Shown piece after piece: positions 41,022 to 51,900 of a DNA stretch of 64,000 bases. The number at the start of each line of letters is the position of its first letter. The stretch's first letter is position 1. The notes under the pieces were generated by a model. It saw only the letters and a list, made by a program, of their open reading frames with translations, searched no databases and was not told the DNA's origin. Source of the stretch: a virus (lineage: Duplodnaviria > Caudoviricetes); the IMG/VR virus record IMGVR_UViG_3300044262_000032, positions 25,676 to 89,675 of that record, one strand, 5' to 3'. The translations under genes and the position numbers were made by a program.

Positions 41022-43237
41022 TACGAGAAGTATACCATAGCCTGTTGATCGCCTCCAACAATGCTATTAATTTCAGGGGTTTCTGGCAGAGAGACGAAGG
41101 TTGACTCATTCTTTGCGCTTAGGTTGTAGCGATATTTCACATAGAGAGTTCCATCCGTCCCACAAGTCAGTACACCACCGACAACTCCGGCTAACTGCGA
41201 AATTAGCGAAATAGGCTCGGTGCCATCTGCAGTGAGATTACCAGCAAGAATTGGGTAATCAGTTACCTCCCAGACAACACTAACTCCAGCCGATCTACAT
41301 ATCGATCTCACAATAGCTTGTGCGCTCGTATCGGTTGTCCAGACTTTCGTAAGTGGCTTTGCATATGGTAGTGAGAGGAGCGCCGGCTTGGTTCTCCCCC
41401 AGGAAGTAGGAACGATAGAGCTGGCACCCACTGTAGTTCCACGCTTCTCTAGGAAGAAGCGTCCCTGCACCATCCAAGTTGGCGTCTCGTTAGAATTAAG
41501 ACGGGTATACACCACTAGACGTTCCTGTTTATAGTTGAGATCTGTATTTGAAATATCTAAGTCTGTAAAGAGAGTATAGTCTGCCCAGGTAATATCCACC
41601 TCGCCACAGAAGCTTCCAAGTGAGTAGTTAATATTGCAGGATTCCACTAGGTCCGTAACATCCACGCCATCAAGTGTAATCTTATACTGCGGCTGAAGAG
41701 ATGTGACCGTTGCATCGGGAATGAGGTTATTACCAAATCTCTTGGTAATAAAGAGATAGTTATGACTAACTAGATTGTTTCGAAGTCTACGAGATAGGAA
41801 TCTCGACGTAAGAATGTTATGAGAGAATCTATGCGCTGTGCCATAGAAGTTCTTAACCATGAAGATTGGCGCAGTAATACTATTTGAAGTCGACTCAGAG
41901 TAAAAGATATGGTTAGTCTCAATCTCATTGTAGAGATTAAAGTTAAAGAATATACGAGCGTGTTCTCCGAGGATTGAGTCCGTAAGATCTAGAGTTTCCG
42001 AGATTTGCTGAGTTCGTGAATCCTCGGTAGCATCCGTTAATGACAGCGTTTCACTAATCGCTGCCGTAACATTAATCTGACGGCTAACATCGTCTGATAG
42101 ACCTACCGTTTCGGTGATCTTTTTATTCAGTTCAACCGAGCGTTCTAGTGAATCGGTTAGATCCAGTTCTTCTTTTACATAGACATAGATATGATCATCC
42201 CAGTCTAACGCATCAGTAAGACCTAGTTCTTCCGAAATAACTCTAGTTCTTGTGGCTGGGGAAGAAACGGAATCTGTAAGATCCAGTTCTTCAGGCAGCT
42301 TAACGTCACGAATAGCCTGTCGATCAAGAGAGTCTGCAAGTGTTACAGATTCAGTGATCTTTATATCTGTATTCTGAAGATGATAGATAATCGGGTTTTC
42401 AGGAGGGGGTGCTTTCGCTAGTGCAGTATAGTAGTCCCGCACCTGATCCTGCGAGAGCATGTAACGTAGAATAGCGAGTTCTTGAACATATCCAGCGAAG
42501 GATGAATAGTTAGTGGCATAGCTATAGGTATTATCGTTAGGCGTACCATACCCAATACGTAGATACGCATTTTGTGTTGAACTAAACGCAGCCCAGTTTG
42601 TATCTACGTTATTTGTTCCAATTCCAACTGGTACGCCATCGAGATAGAACTGAGATTTGTTTCCCGATAGAGTAATCATATCCACAACAACGGCGATATG
42701 ATGCCATCTTCCTGGCATTAGTGCTATTGGCCCAGAAATCTTTACACTTGCGGAGATCGGGTAGCTGACTGGTCTAAACCATAGAAGTAGTCTATTTCGG
42801 TAGGAGACATGAGCAGTATCGTCTGCATAGGCCAGATGCCAGGTTCCTTCAATCGAAACTGGAGTTCCGGGACTAACATAATTAATGGTCTTACCTAGAA
42901 TATGATGCATTCCATATGCATCAGGGTTCGTAGTAAGATCATCAAAGTTGATCCAGAATGAGATAGTAGCTCTGCTATTTAGATCTGGCTGTCCGAGCTG
43001 AATATAAGATGCAGATGTACCATCAATATGATGGGCTAGACCCAACTTGCCGGGAAAGAGTGTAGTGCCTGTAGCAGTCCCGTGATGTGGGATTACTGTC
43101 GGAGCCGTGCTGTAGGTTAACGATCTATCGAAAAGATCTTCACCAAGCTTCCAATACCCAGAGATATTACGCCCAAAACGGGCACGGATGTCCTCACGTG
43201 CCCGTCCAGCGCTAAATCTTGGGTAATCGATCTTCAT
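41021..43237 (-). CDS. tail protein with LamG/ConA-like domain and hub-like C-terminal part
   Basis: ISFWINF..WHHIAVV..FYLDG..FAGYVQELAI; ITLDGVDVTDLVESC. Confidence 0.8.
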   Translation of the reverse strand: MKIDYPRFSAGRAREDIRARFGRNISGYWKLGEDLFDRSLTYSTAPTVIPHHGTATGTTLFPGKLGLAHHIDGTSASYIQLGQPDLNSRATISFWINFDDLTTNPDAYGMHHILGKTINYVSPGTPVSIEGTWHLAYADDTAHVSYRNRLLLWFRPVSYPISASVKISGPIALMPGRWHHIAVVVDMITLSGNKSQFYLDGVPVGIGTNNVDTNWAAFSSTQNAYLRIGYGTPNDNTYSYATNYSSFAGYVQELAILRYMLSQDQVRDYYTALAKAPPPENPIIYHLQNTDIKITESVTLADSLDRQAIRDVKLPEELDLTDSVSSPATRTRVISEELGLTDALDWDDHIYVYVKEELDLTDSLERSVELNKKITETVGLSDDVSRQINVTAAISETLSLTDATEDSRTQQISETLDLTDSILGEHARIFFNFNLYNEIETNHIFYSESTSNSITAPIFMVKNFYGTAHRFSHNILTSRFLSRRLRNNLVSHNYLFITKRFGNNLIPDATVTSLQPQYKITLDGVDVTDLVESCNINYSLGSFCGEVDITWADYTLFTDLDISNTDLNYKQERLVVYTRLNSNETPTWMVQGRFFLEKRGTTVGASSIVPTSWGRTKPALLSLPYAKPLTKVWTTDTSAQAIVRSICRSAGVSVVWEVTDYPILAGNLTADGTEPISLISQLAGVVGGVLTCGTDGTLYVKYRYNLSAKNESTFVSLPETPEINSIVGGDQQAMVYFS

Positions 43238-43240
43238 CGA

Positions 43241-43636
43241 TTACTCACTTATGTAGGTGACACCCTGATACGAAGCAGCCCCAACGTCAAGAACTGCACC
43301 AGTCTTATTTAGAACGTACAGTTTCCACTGTTGAGGTGGAACGAACCTGGCATGATAGATAGGGTTATCGACTGACATATCGATAGCAGGGAGAACAAGA
43401 TAAGGTGTAGTATACGAGCTAAAGTCGGTTCCCCCATCAACAGATGCTACAATTCTAACATCTAGCCAAGACGTAGCTGTAGCTGTACCCCCAACCTTGA
43501 TCTCTAGAATGATCTCGTCGTACTTATTTGTCGAATTATCAACTGCTAACGACGAGGCCGCAGTATTGTTAGCTAGCCCGTTCAGACTAATAGTAAGTGA
43601 AGTCTCAGCGCCATAACTCTGTTTGAAAGAAGCCAT
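43241..43636 (-). CDS. putative virion protein
   Basis: AAGGAG SD; beta-rich; tail operon. Confidence 0.7.
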   Translation of the reverse strand: MASFKQSYGAETSLTISLNGLANNTAASSLAVDNSTNKYDEIILEIKVGGTATATSWLDVRIVASVDGGTDFSSYTTPYLVLPAIDMSVDNPIYHARFVPPQQWKLYVLNKTGAVLDVGAASYQGVTYISE

Positions 43637-43647
43637 CTAAATGCTCC

Positions 43648-44268
43648 TTACGCGAACGCGAATTCGATCTCAACGTTCACGATATCCCCTGGAACCACGC
43701 CAATAGTACTTGGAGTGAACGCGGAGTAGCTCATGAGAATCCCAGTTCCGTGATCATCTTTTGCTTCGACGTTTACAAGGCAAGCGCCATACAGTGTCCC
43801 GGAGTTCGTAACGAAGGTAAAAGCGGCCTTGTTGTTTGTGTTGGTAATTACACCGTTTGACGAGGCGCCTTCATTGTAGGCAATACGATCACTTGCGGTG
43901 TCCCCGCCCGTATAATCTGTGTACTCAGTGTTAGTGGTAGCGCCACCAGCTGGATCAAAGAATGTATCATAGATCTGGGAAGTCGAAGGTGCAGCTGGGC
44001 TTCCGCCGTTCTTTGCGCCGTTGTCATTATCCACTAGAGCAACATACCATACTGTCTGCTGTGTTCCAGTTGCATGGAAAATAAGATTGAGAATATGATC
44101 TCGCCCCTCATACGTGATGAGGTTCTCAGACTCATAAGTACCAATCAGTTCCCCATTACGGAAGTGTTCAAGGCGATACGTTCCAGTAATGTCGATTGGC
44201 TCAGAAAGTCCTCTCTTACGAAGTGCGTTAGCCACTACTTTGTCCCCAAGATTCAATACATTCTTCAT
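43648..44268 (-). CDS. putative tail protein
   Basis: ENLITYEGRDHIL..WYVALV. Confidence 0.75.
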   Translation of the reverse strand: MKNVLNLGDKVVANALRKRGLSEPIDITGTYRLEHFRNGELIGTYESENLITYEGRDHILNLIFHATGTQQTVWYVALVDNDNGAKNGGSPAAPSTSQIYDTFFDPAGGATTNTEYTDYTGGDTASDRIAYNEGASSNGVITNTNNKAAFTFVTNSGTLYGACLVNVEAKDDHGTGILMSYSAFTPSTIGVVPGDIVNVEIEFAFA

Positions 44269-44279
44269 CGCTTCCTCCC

Positions 44280-45545
44280 TTATACAGTATCGCCTGTAAT
44301 ACCAATATCGATAGAGTTTGACAGATGTGGGTTAATATTAGTCGCTGGTACTACCTCCTTAATCCAGAAACTCTTGGAAGAGCTTACTGTGTCAAACTCC
44401 AACTTCTCCCCCATCGCCCAAGTTCCACCCCAAGCTGCGGCCGGAATCTCGAAATAGTAACTATCTCCATTTACAGGTCTCGCTGTTGTTCCTGTCGAAT
44501 ACGCGCCAGCTGCGCCAATCTGACCGTAATGCGTCCCAACAACCGTGTAGGTAGTCGCACTGGTAAAAGTTAGAGTCCAATGATCGTCACGAGCACCCGC
44601 TGAAAACAACTTGAGATTCCCGGTAGCCGTAAATGTTCCACTAGTTGTCGTTGGAGTCACGTTGGCGTAGGAAGCAACTACATCTCCAAGAGCTACACAC
44701 ATACAACCGTATGTCTTCAGAATCTCATAAACTACTGTGCCAGTAGGCAGTGGATTCCACTCATACTCGACGGTTAGAGTCGTGGCAGTATTGTCTACAA
44801 TTCGTCTAATCTGCCCAGCGCCAGTGGTAGCGCTTACAATTCGCACCCGACGACCGATATGTGCATCTGCAGTCATCGTATCAGTAGTTAGTCCAATTGT
44901 ATTAGACGTTAGAATGTTGGCGGTACGATTGGCTGGCAGAGCGTTACGAGTATAGGAGAACATTAGAGGAGTAGCTGTAAAAGTAAGAGTGGCAAGATTA
45001 GCGTCTGCATTGATACCCCACGACACGCCACCAGGAGAGTCAAGCGTAAGGAATTCTCGATTGCCACTTCCATTTACATATTCGCTAATAATGACAGTTC
45101 CGCCATTCTGAAATAGTTCGCCAGTGCCACCATTCAACTCACAACGAATCTGAAGAGTGGTCGCATCTGCAGCCGCATCAGCCTCTAGATACCCAGTACC
45201 TGCCCAGCCAGAATCCACAACTTGAGATTGTGTATCAGTAGCCGTGCCAGCTTTCATAAGAAAGTAATCACCAGCTGGTGAGTTATTCTCCAAGAACGCT
45301 TTTGCAACTAAAAGAGTGCCCGTAGCGGCGTCAGCATAGCGAAGCGGGAGCGTCCCAGTTCCAGCAAGATTCTTTAGAAAGACCTTACGAAATCTAGTCT
45401 TACCTGTCTGACGTTCTGCAGATGTAATATCAGGAAAGAGCGAGGCAGCAATACTAGTGTCAGAAAGGCGACCACCATTAGCCGCTGCTGTATCACTAGT
45501 TGTAGCAGATTTCTTCAGGATTAGATCGCCTTGAGTGACGGCCAT
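44280..45545 (-). CDS. putative tail protein
   Basis: LFPDITSAER..G.TRFRKVF..FWIKEVVPA. Confidence 0.75.
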   Translation of the reverse strand: MAVTQGDLILKKSATTSDTAAANGGRLSDTSIAASLFPDITSAERQTGKTRFRKVFLKNLAGTGTLPLRYADAATGTLLVAKAFLENNSPAGDYFLMKAGTATDTQSQVVDSGWAGTGYLEADAAADATTLQIRCELNGGTGELFQNGGTVIISEYVNGSGNREFLTLDSPGGVSWGINADANLATLTFTATPLMFSYTRNALPANRTANILTSNTIGLTTDTMTADAHIGRRVRIVSATTGAGQIRRIVDNTATTLTVEYEWNPLPTGTVVYEILKTYGCMCVALGDVVASYANVTPTTTSGTFTATGNLKLFSAGARDDHWTLTFTSATTYTVVGTHYGQIGAAGAYSTGTTARPVNGDSYYFEIPAAAWGGTWAMGEKLEFDTVSSSKSFWIKEVVPATNINPHLSNSIDIGITGDTV

Positions 45546-45557
45546 TGCATACCTCCC

Positions 45558-45944
45558 TTAACCAACAATTCTCATCTTAACGGTGCCATAATACCAGAAG
45601 TCCGCACCTGGGGCAACCGCACGGGTAATTGGCGTAAACTCCACAGTTGGCCCCTCTTCGTTTCTAAACATGGCATAAACTGTTCGATTATCAGCCAGTT
45701 GAACGACATGAATAGTCGAGGCTCCACTCTTAGCTAGAGCCACTAAAGCCTGGACGGTCGAGCGCTTTTGCCAGCCACTATTGGCGTCCCCGCTTAGAGT
45801 TAACGGAAGCGCATTAGTACGTGGCATGGTTTGAACGACAAGATTGCCATAGATAGTCTCCGTAGCCGTACCTGTAGCCTCAGTGTATTTGAACTCATCG
45901 GTCCACGTGAGGTCATTATCTAGGGTAACTCCACCTATATTCAT
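45558..45944 (-). CDS. putative distal tail protein
   Basis: Directly after tape measure; IGGVTLDNDLTWTDEF..G.LVVQ..LTL. Confidence 0.65.
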   Translation of the reverse strand: MNIGGVTLDNDLTWTDEFKYTEATGTATETIYGNLVVQTMPRTNALPLTLSGDANSGWQKRSTVQALVALAKSGASTIHVVQLADNRTVYAMFRNEEGPTVEFTPITRAVAPGADFWYYGTVKMRIVG

Positions 45945-48900
45945 CTTCTTGTCATCCCTTCTTTTTTCATAGTATTCATGAAGGCTTCAATAACTGCCTT
46001 CTCACCATACATTGGGTACTTGCCACCATTAATGTTGAGATTAAGGGTGTAGAGACCCGCGCCGCCAGCTGCAGACTGAACAAGACCGCCAGTAGCCATG
46101 CGTGGGATCCCAACTGTGAAGCTCGGAAGACCCAGTCCGCGGAGGAAGAGGGCTCTAATAGCATTTAGGGTATCGACCCCAATACCACGAACAGCTTCCT
46201 TCGGCAGAACGTACTCCCCACTCTCAAGAAGGGTAAGATGACGATCCCCACCACCGTAGCCAGGGAGATGACCACCTTGTGCCATCCCGCGAGCGAAAGA
46301 AACCAGACCCCCGAAACGACCCGTAGGCTTGTTCTCTTCGTCCTTTGTCTCAGAGGCAGTTCCCGAGAATGTAAACTTGAAGCCCTTTAGCACACCTTTC
46401 AGGAACTCCCCAAACTTCTTAAACGGTTCGATAAAGACTAAGTACAGACCCTTGCCTAGCTCCTTAAAGACGATCTTCAAGCCAGCTGGCAGGTCATCCT
46501 TAAATAGAGAGATCAGACTTCTAATACCAGCTTTCCAGCTCTCTTTGTCGAATAGCCATCTAACTAGATCAAGAACAAGATTACCAAAGTAGTCAATAAG
46601 ACTCTTTCCCCAATCTACAATATAGCGGGTAGCAGTTCCGAGACCTTGTCCAATAAACTCGCCAAACTTTCCAGCCCAGGATGTTCCTGCCTCTTCCCCA
46701 GCAGTCTTTGCGATTTCTACCGTGGCAGTAGCTGCAGTTTGGACACCTGTTGTCAAGGCAGTTGACACGTTGGTAGCTGCTACCGTGGCGCCAGGAACAA
46801 CCTCTTTTGCCAAACTTGCGGTGTAGGCCTGAGCATCAGTTGCTCCCTGTTCAGCTGGTACAAAGCCCTGAAGCGGATTGAAGTTCTTGGTCTCTTTCGA
46901 GATACCTTCAGTAAGAAGAACTCCGTAGGACTCTCCGGCCTTCATAGCCCCACTTTCAATATCGAAAGTGGTAAATACTCTCTCACCTTCCTTAGCAATG
47001 TTAGTCCAGACGGCCTTACCGTCCCGCTCAACTTTAACAAAGGTCGAGGTAAGAAGCTTATCGATCTCGGTTGCCCCCGCTTTAGCCGCTGAGGCGTCGA
47101 CATTAAGATTGATAGTCTTGCCAAGATCCTTCTTGAAGTCGTCTACCGCCCTCTTAGCTTCTGGATCAATCTTAGCGGTAATCGAGAAGTCCTTCTTCGT
47201 AGCTTCAAATAGACTTCTAAGAGTAGTGTCAAGAGCTTTTGCACCTTCCAACTTTAGCGGAACCTTGATATCCAGCTTCTTTCCACTGGCAATATCGAGG
47301 ATCTCAAAGATACGTTCATCCTTCGACTCAGCCTTCAGACTGAGTTTTAGTTCCTGCTTCGCAAACTCAGCTTGAAGCTTCTTCAGCTCTTCGCTACCGT
47401 TTTCAGCAATCTTGAGATTGCCAAAGTTGTTATTTACTGCCTCAACTGCAGCCTTCGTAAGACCAGCCTGCGTGGCAGTTTCTACCCACACTTCCCGTGC
47501 AGCCTTTAGTTGAGTTACTTCCTGTTCGTGAGCTGCAACCAATAGATTGGATAGAGTTAGAGAGACTCTAGTATGCTCTGCTGCCAGAGCGGTCGTCCCC
47601 TCAATATCGACGACACCTTCCCTTACAGCATCCTGCTCACGCGCATATTGAGCAGTCTTTCTCATAAGCTCATCGCTCGATCCTTCCATACGATGAAGGG
47701 CCGCAGCCTGAGCTTCGAGTTCCTTTGTACTATCCTTCAGATTCTCTTCACGAGCTGATTCTGAAGATAGACGGCCGAGAGATCTTGCCGCCTTTTCACT
47801 ATCAGTAGCTGAACGACGTTCAAGTTCTGAAATACGACGAAGAACTGCTTCCTCCTGCTGGCGTAGGGAGAGACGCTCTTTTTCAGTCTTTGCTAGACCT
47901 TGGCGCTCCCTAATATCGGCAAGACGTCTCTCCGCTTCCTCGATCTGATTTGATCTACGAAGCTCAGCCTCCGAATTGGAGGCCTGTTTATCAGCAATTC
48001 GCTGTTCGCGCTTTTCCCGAACATCACCTAGCTTCTCACGGGCAATACCGAGTTTCTCTTCCGCCTTAATACCTGCTTGGGCAATAGCAGCTAGTTCATC
48101 TTTAACCGCTTTACCAAGTTCGGCCTCTAGCTTCATAGCCTCACGAACTTGAGCTTCAAATCTCTTCGTATCCCCTGCCTTTGAATATGCTTCTGCCTGA
48201 GCAATCGCCGCATCTCTCGCAGCTCGCAGCTCCTCGGCCTTACGCTTTGCAGTCTTTACCTTATCTGAAACTTCAATCTGGTCTAGATACCAGTTATGCG
48301 CCTCAACGCGGGCTTCTGCCAGATCTTTTTCAGCCTGGATGATATCCGCGGAATACTCGTCCATTTTAGTACGAGCTTCCGTATACATGTCCTCAAGAGC
48401 AGTAATAGTATCGGCATACGACTCATTGCGGCGTTCGAACAGCTCTTGATCTACACTTCCAGATTCATCCAGATAGTTCTTGGTCTCATCCATTGCAGCA
48501 GTGTAGTAGTCCACAATGGAAGAGAGAGCTTTATCGTTGAACTCACGAATGCTCTGAAGACGTCCGGCCGTATTTTCATCGATGGCCAGCCCTAGATCTT
48601 TAAACGCTCCCTGCAGTTCTTTCGTTGCTGCGGATGCTTTACCGTCGTCTAGAGTCTGAGCGAAGTTCCAGAAGGTATCCCTAGCCTTCTGGATCTCATC
48701 AACAACCTTCCCAATATCGAACTTCTTAATGCCAAGTTTCGAGTTACCAAAAAGGATATCGGCGTCTTCTATGAGCGTGACGATATCCTTTTTGACCTTC
48801 GTTGAAGCAGACTGGTCTACAGTAGGCTTGATTCTTAGCCAGCCCTCGGTATCCGTCCACTCCTTCAGTCTCTTAGTAGCATCGGTTAGCTCTTTTTCAA

Positions 48901-51900
48901 GCTCTTTGGTGTCCCCGAAGAATCGTCTCTTCTTGGCGATCTTGACGTTAAGCTCTTCGATTAGTGCGGTAAGAGCCTGCTTAGCCTCACTTGCACGCTT
49001 GATCTCAGCCTTCTTCTGCTCTTCTGAATATAGCGCAAACTGAGCTTTGGTTGTAACAGGCTTTTCAAGAGCTAGCTTGAACTTTTCTACACGGGCGCCA
49101 AGTTCGTCAATCTGCTCATTAGCCTCAGTAATTCCTTTTACCCATTGATAGATAGCTTGACCAACTTCAAAAGCAGCAAGAGCAGCCATGATAACTAAGA
49201 CAGCCCGCTGCGCTACTCCAAGAGCTTTGAAGGATGCGGTAAGGCCGTTAGTAGCAACAATCTGGGCTCCAGTTGTAGCAATTGCACCCTTTTGAGCAGC
49301 CTGAAGTGCAATCTGCTCGGCAGTATATCCCTTCATCGTAAGGATAAGAGTGTCCAACATCTTCTTCGCTGGTCCAGCAACACCTAGAACAGATAGAATA
49401 TTGCTTGCCATTAGAGCGAAGGCCGAGCTAACCAAGAAGATCGCCCCAGCTACTGCGCTAAGTGACAAGAATCCAGTAACCATTGCCTTTAGAGCCGGCG
49501 ACATCTGTAACGCAGTTCTCACCGCATTGACGAAGGAGACAAGGCCGTCAATTAGACCCTTGAGAAAGCTACCCTCAGAATATCCAATTTCCTGGATCAG
49601 CGCGGTAAATGAATTCTTTAGTTTCTCCAGTGTACCCCAGAGACCTTCACCACGTTGAGCAGCAATAGCCTGAGCGTCAGCCGCTTCTGCAATAGATTTC
49701 TTTAATTTATCGAACGCACCCTGCCCAGCGTTGAGCATTGCAATGACAGCCGGGCCACCAGCACGCTGTCCAAAGATCTCATAGACCTTCGCCGCGCGCT
49801 CAACTTCAGACATATCTGCAGTCGCTGCTTTAAGTTCCTGAAGGATTACTTCAAGCTCTTTAAAGTTGCCAGCTGCGTCAGTAACAGATAGACCTAGTTC
49901 CTTGAAGATCTTCCCAGCTTTTGATCCTTCATTGCTCGCTTCAAGTAGACGACGATATACGCCACGAAGCTGAGTACCAGCTGTGCTGGCGTTAATACCA
50001 GCTTGGGAGAGCACACCCAGCGCAAGATTCGTCTCTTTGAGACTTGCACCAACCGCCTTAGCCGTAGGACCAACGTTCTTTAGAGCCTCACCAAAGTCCT
50101 TAACTTCAGCGTTAGTCTTGTTCGCAGCTGCCTGAATCTGGTTGGTGATGTCTGGCAGGTCGGCTAGACTCAACCCAAACTGGTTCATTGTTGAGATGGC
50201 TATTCTAGCTGCCTCATCTAGATTGAGCATACCTGCTGAGGCAAAGTCTAGAAGTGGCTTAACACCTTTCATTGCCTCTTCAGCACTTAGACCCGCCTGT
50301 GCTAGCGCTCTCATCCCGTCTGCAATCTGCTGCGACGAGTAGATAGTTGTCGAACCTAGCTCTAGAGCAGTTTTACGCAACTGCTCCATCTGTTCCTGGC
50401 TCCCACCTAGGATCGCATTTGTATATTCAATCGACTTCTGGAACTCTTTCTGAGCTTCCAGAGGTTTTACGAATACCGCAGTAGCTGCCGCTCCAACAAT
50501 TCCAAGCTGGAACCCGATGTGGCTGAAGCGATATGACATAGTTGTCATACGATCTTCCCACATCTTTGTAGCGTCTAACCCACTATTCTTGACCTGATCC
50601 CAGGATAGACCGAGCTTCTTTAATTCGCCTTCAACACGAAGCATGGACTCCTTGACGTTTTTATCAAGAGAGCCAGCAACTTCTAGATTACCAGTCTTAG
50701 CTGCAAGAGCCGCTTGACGCTGAAGTGCCTCTAGATTTTTGATTTCTTTCTTAATAGCGTTATAGGACTCAGCAACCTTTTTGCTAGATCCCAGAGACCC
50801 TGAGCCAACAGCATCGTCGAGAGCTTTACGAGCAGAGAGAGCAGCCTCTTTAGCGAGGATGATGCTCTCCTTCATCTGAGCTTTCTGCGTAGCAGAGATC
50901 TCTCTCCAGATCTTCTTCTGCTGCTCTTGCTCTTCCTTATTTAAAGCTCTCTTCTGAGCAGCAAGATTACGAAGAAGGACTAGATTCTCTTGGATCGTGG
51001 CCTTGACAATCGCTTCTTCTTCTTTAGCCTTGGCCTTTCTATCCTTGGCCATATCAGAGAAGATGCGCTTGCTCTCTTTAGCCAGCTCTTTTAGAAGCTT
51101 CTCTTCTTCCTTTGCCTGCTGTTTTCTCGCCTCAGCAGTACCTTTAGCCGCCTGCTTATTCTCAGCTGCGACCTCTTTTATGATTTTTTCTTGTTCTGCG
51201 TTCGACGCCTTAGCCTCGGCTTTGATCTCATTGTACATAGCCGTGGCAACTTGACTACGCTCTCTATAAGCAGTCGTCCACGCAGCTAGCTCTTCCTTCG
51301 CTAGACGCATCTCCTCTTCGGCCATCTTCTTGGCCTCGGGAGACATAGCACTTTCTTTTAGAAGACGAGCATCGGCAATACGCTGTTGAGCCTGAGCAAT
51401 TTGAACAGCAGCATCTTCAGCGTCGTCTACCGCCTTCTGTAGCCCAACAACTTTTATCGTAAGAGTAGCTTCATCGGGAAGACCAGCTAGAGACTTCTTG
51501 AGATTAGCGATACCTTCGCTAAATGGAACAGCTGGCGAAGCTTCTAGAAGTACCTTGATAACATACTCATGCTTCTTTTGAAGCTCGATCTTCTGATCTA
51601 GTTTAGTTAACTCGGCAGTGACTCTAGCAATATTTTCTCTAGCTCTAGCTAGACTCTCGTCGTATCGATTAGTGCCACTCTGTACTTTATTGAAAGCGGC
51701 ATTCTGAGCAAGTCTCTGTTGCTCCTGAAGTTCCTGAAGTTTTAGCTTTCTTTTTTCCTCTGCAGCGGCACGCCAAGCAGCAATCTCTTTGGCCTTTAGC
51801 TCAGCCTCCGACTTCATCAGTCCTTGGTAGATTGCGGCAATTTTATTGAACGTCTCCCGCTCAATACCAAGGCGTCTATCCGCAGCTACTCGACTAGCGT

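Noticed and set aside
36019-43237. Diversity-generating retroelement target
   Set aside because: No reverse transcriptase and no template/variable repeat pair differing at adenines was noticed
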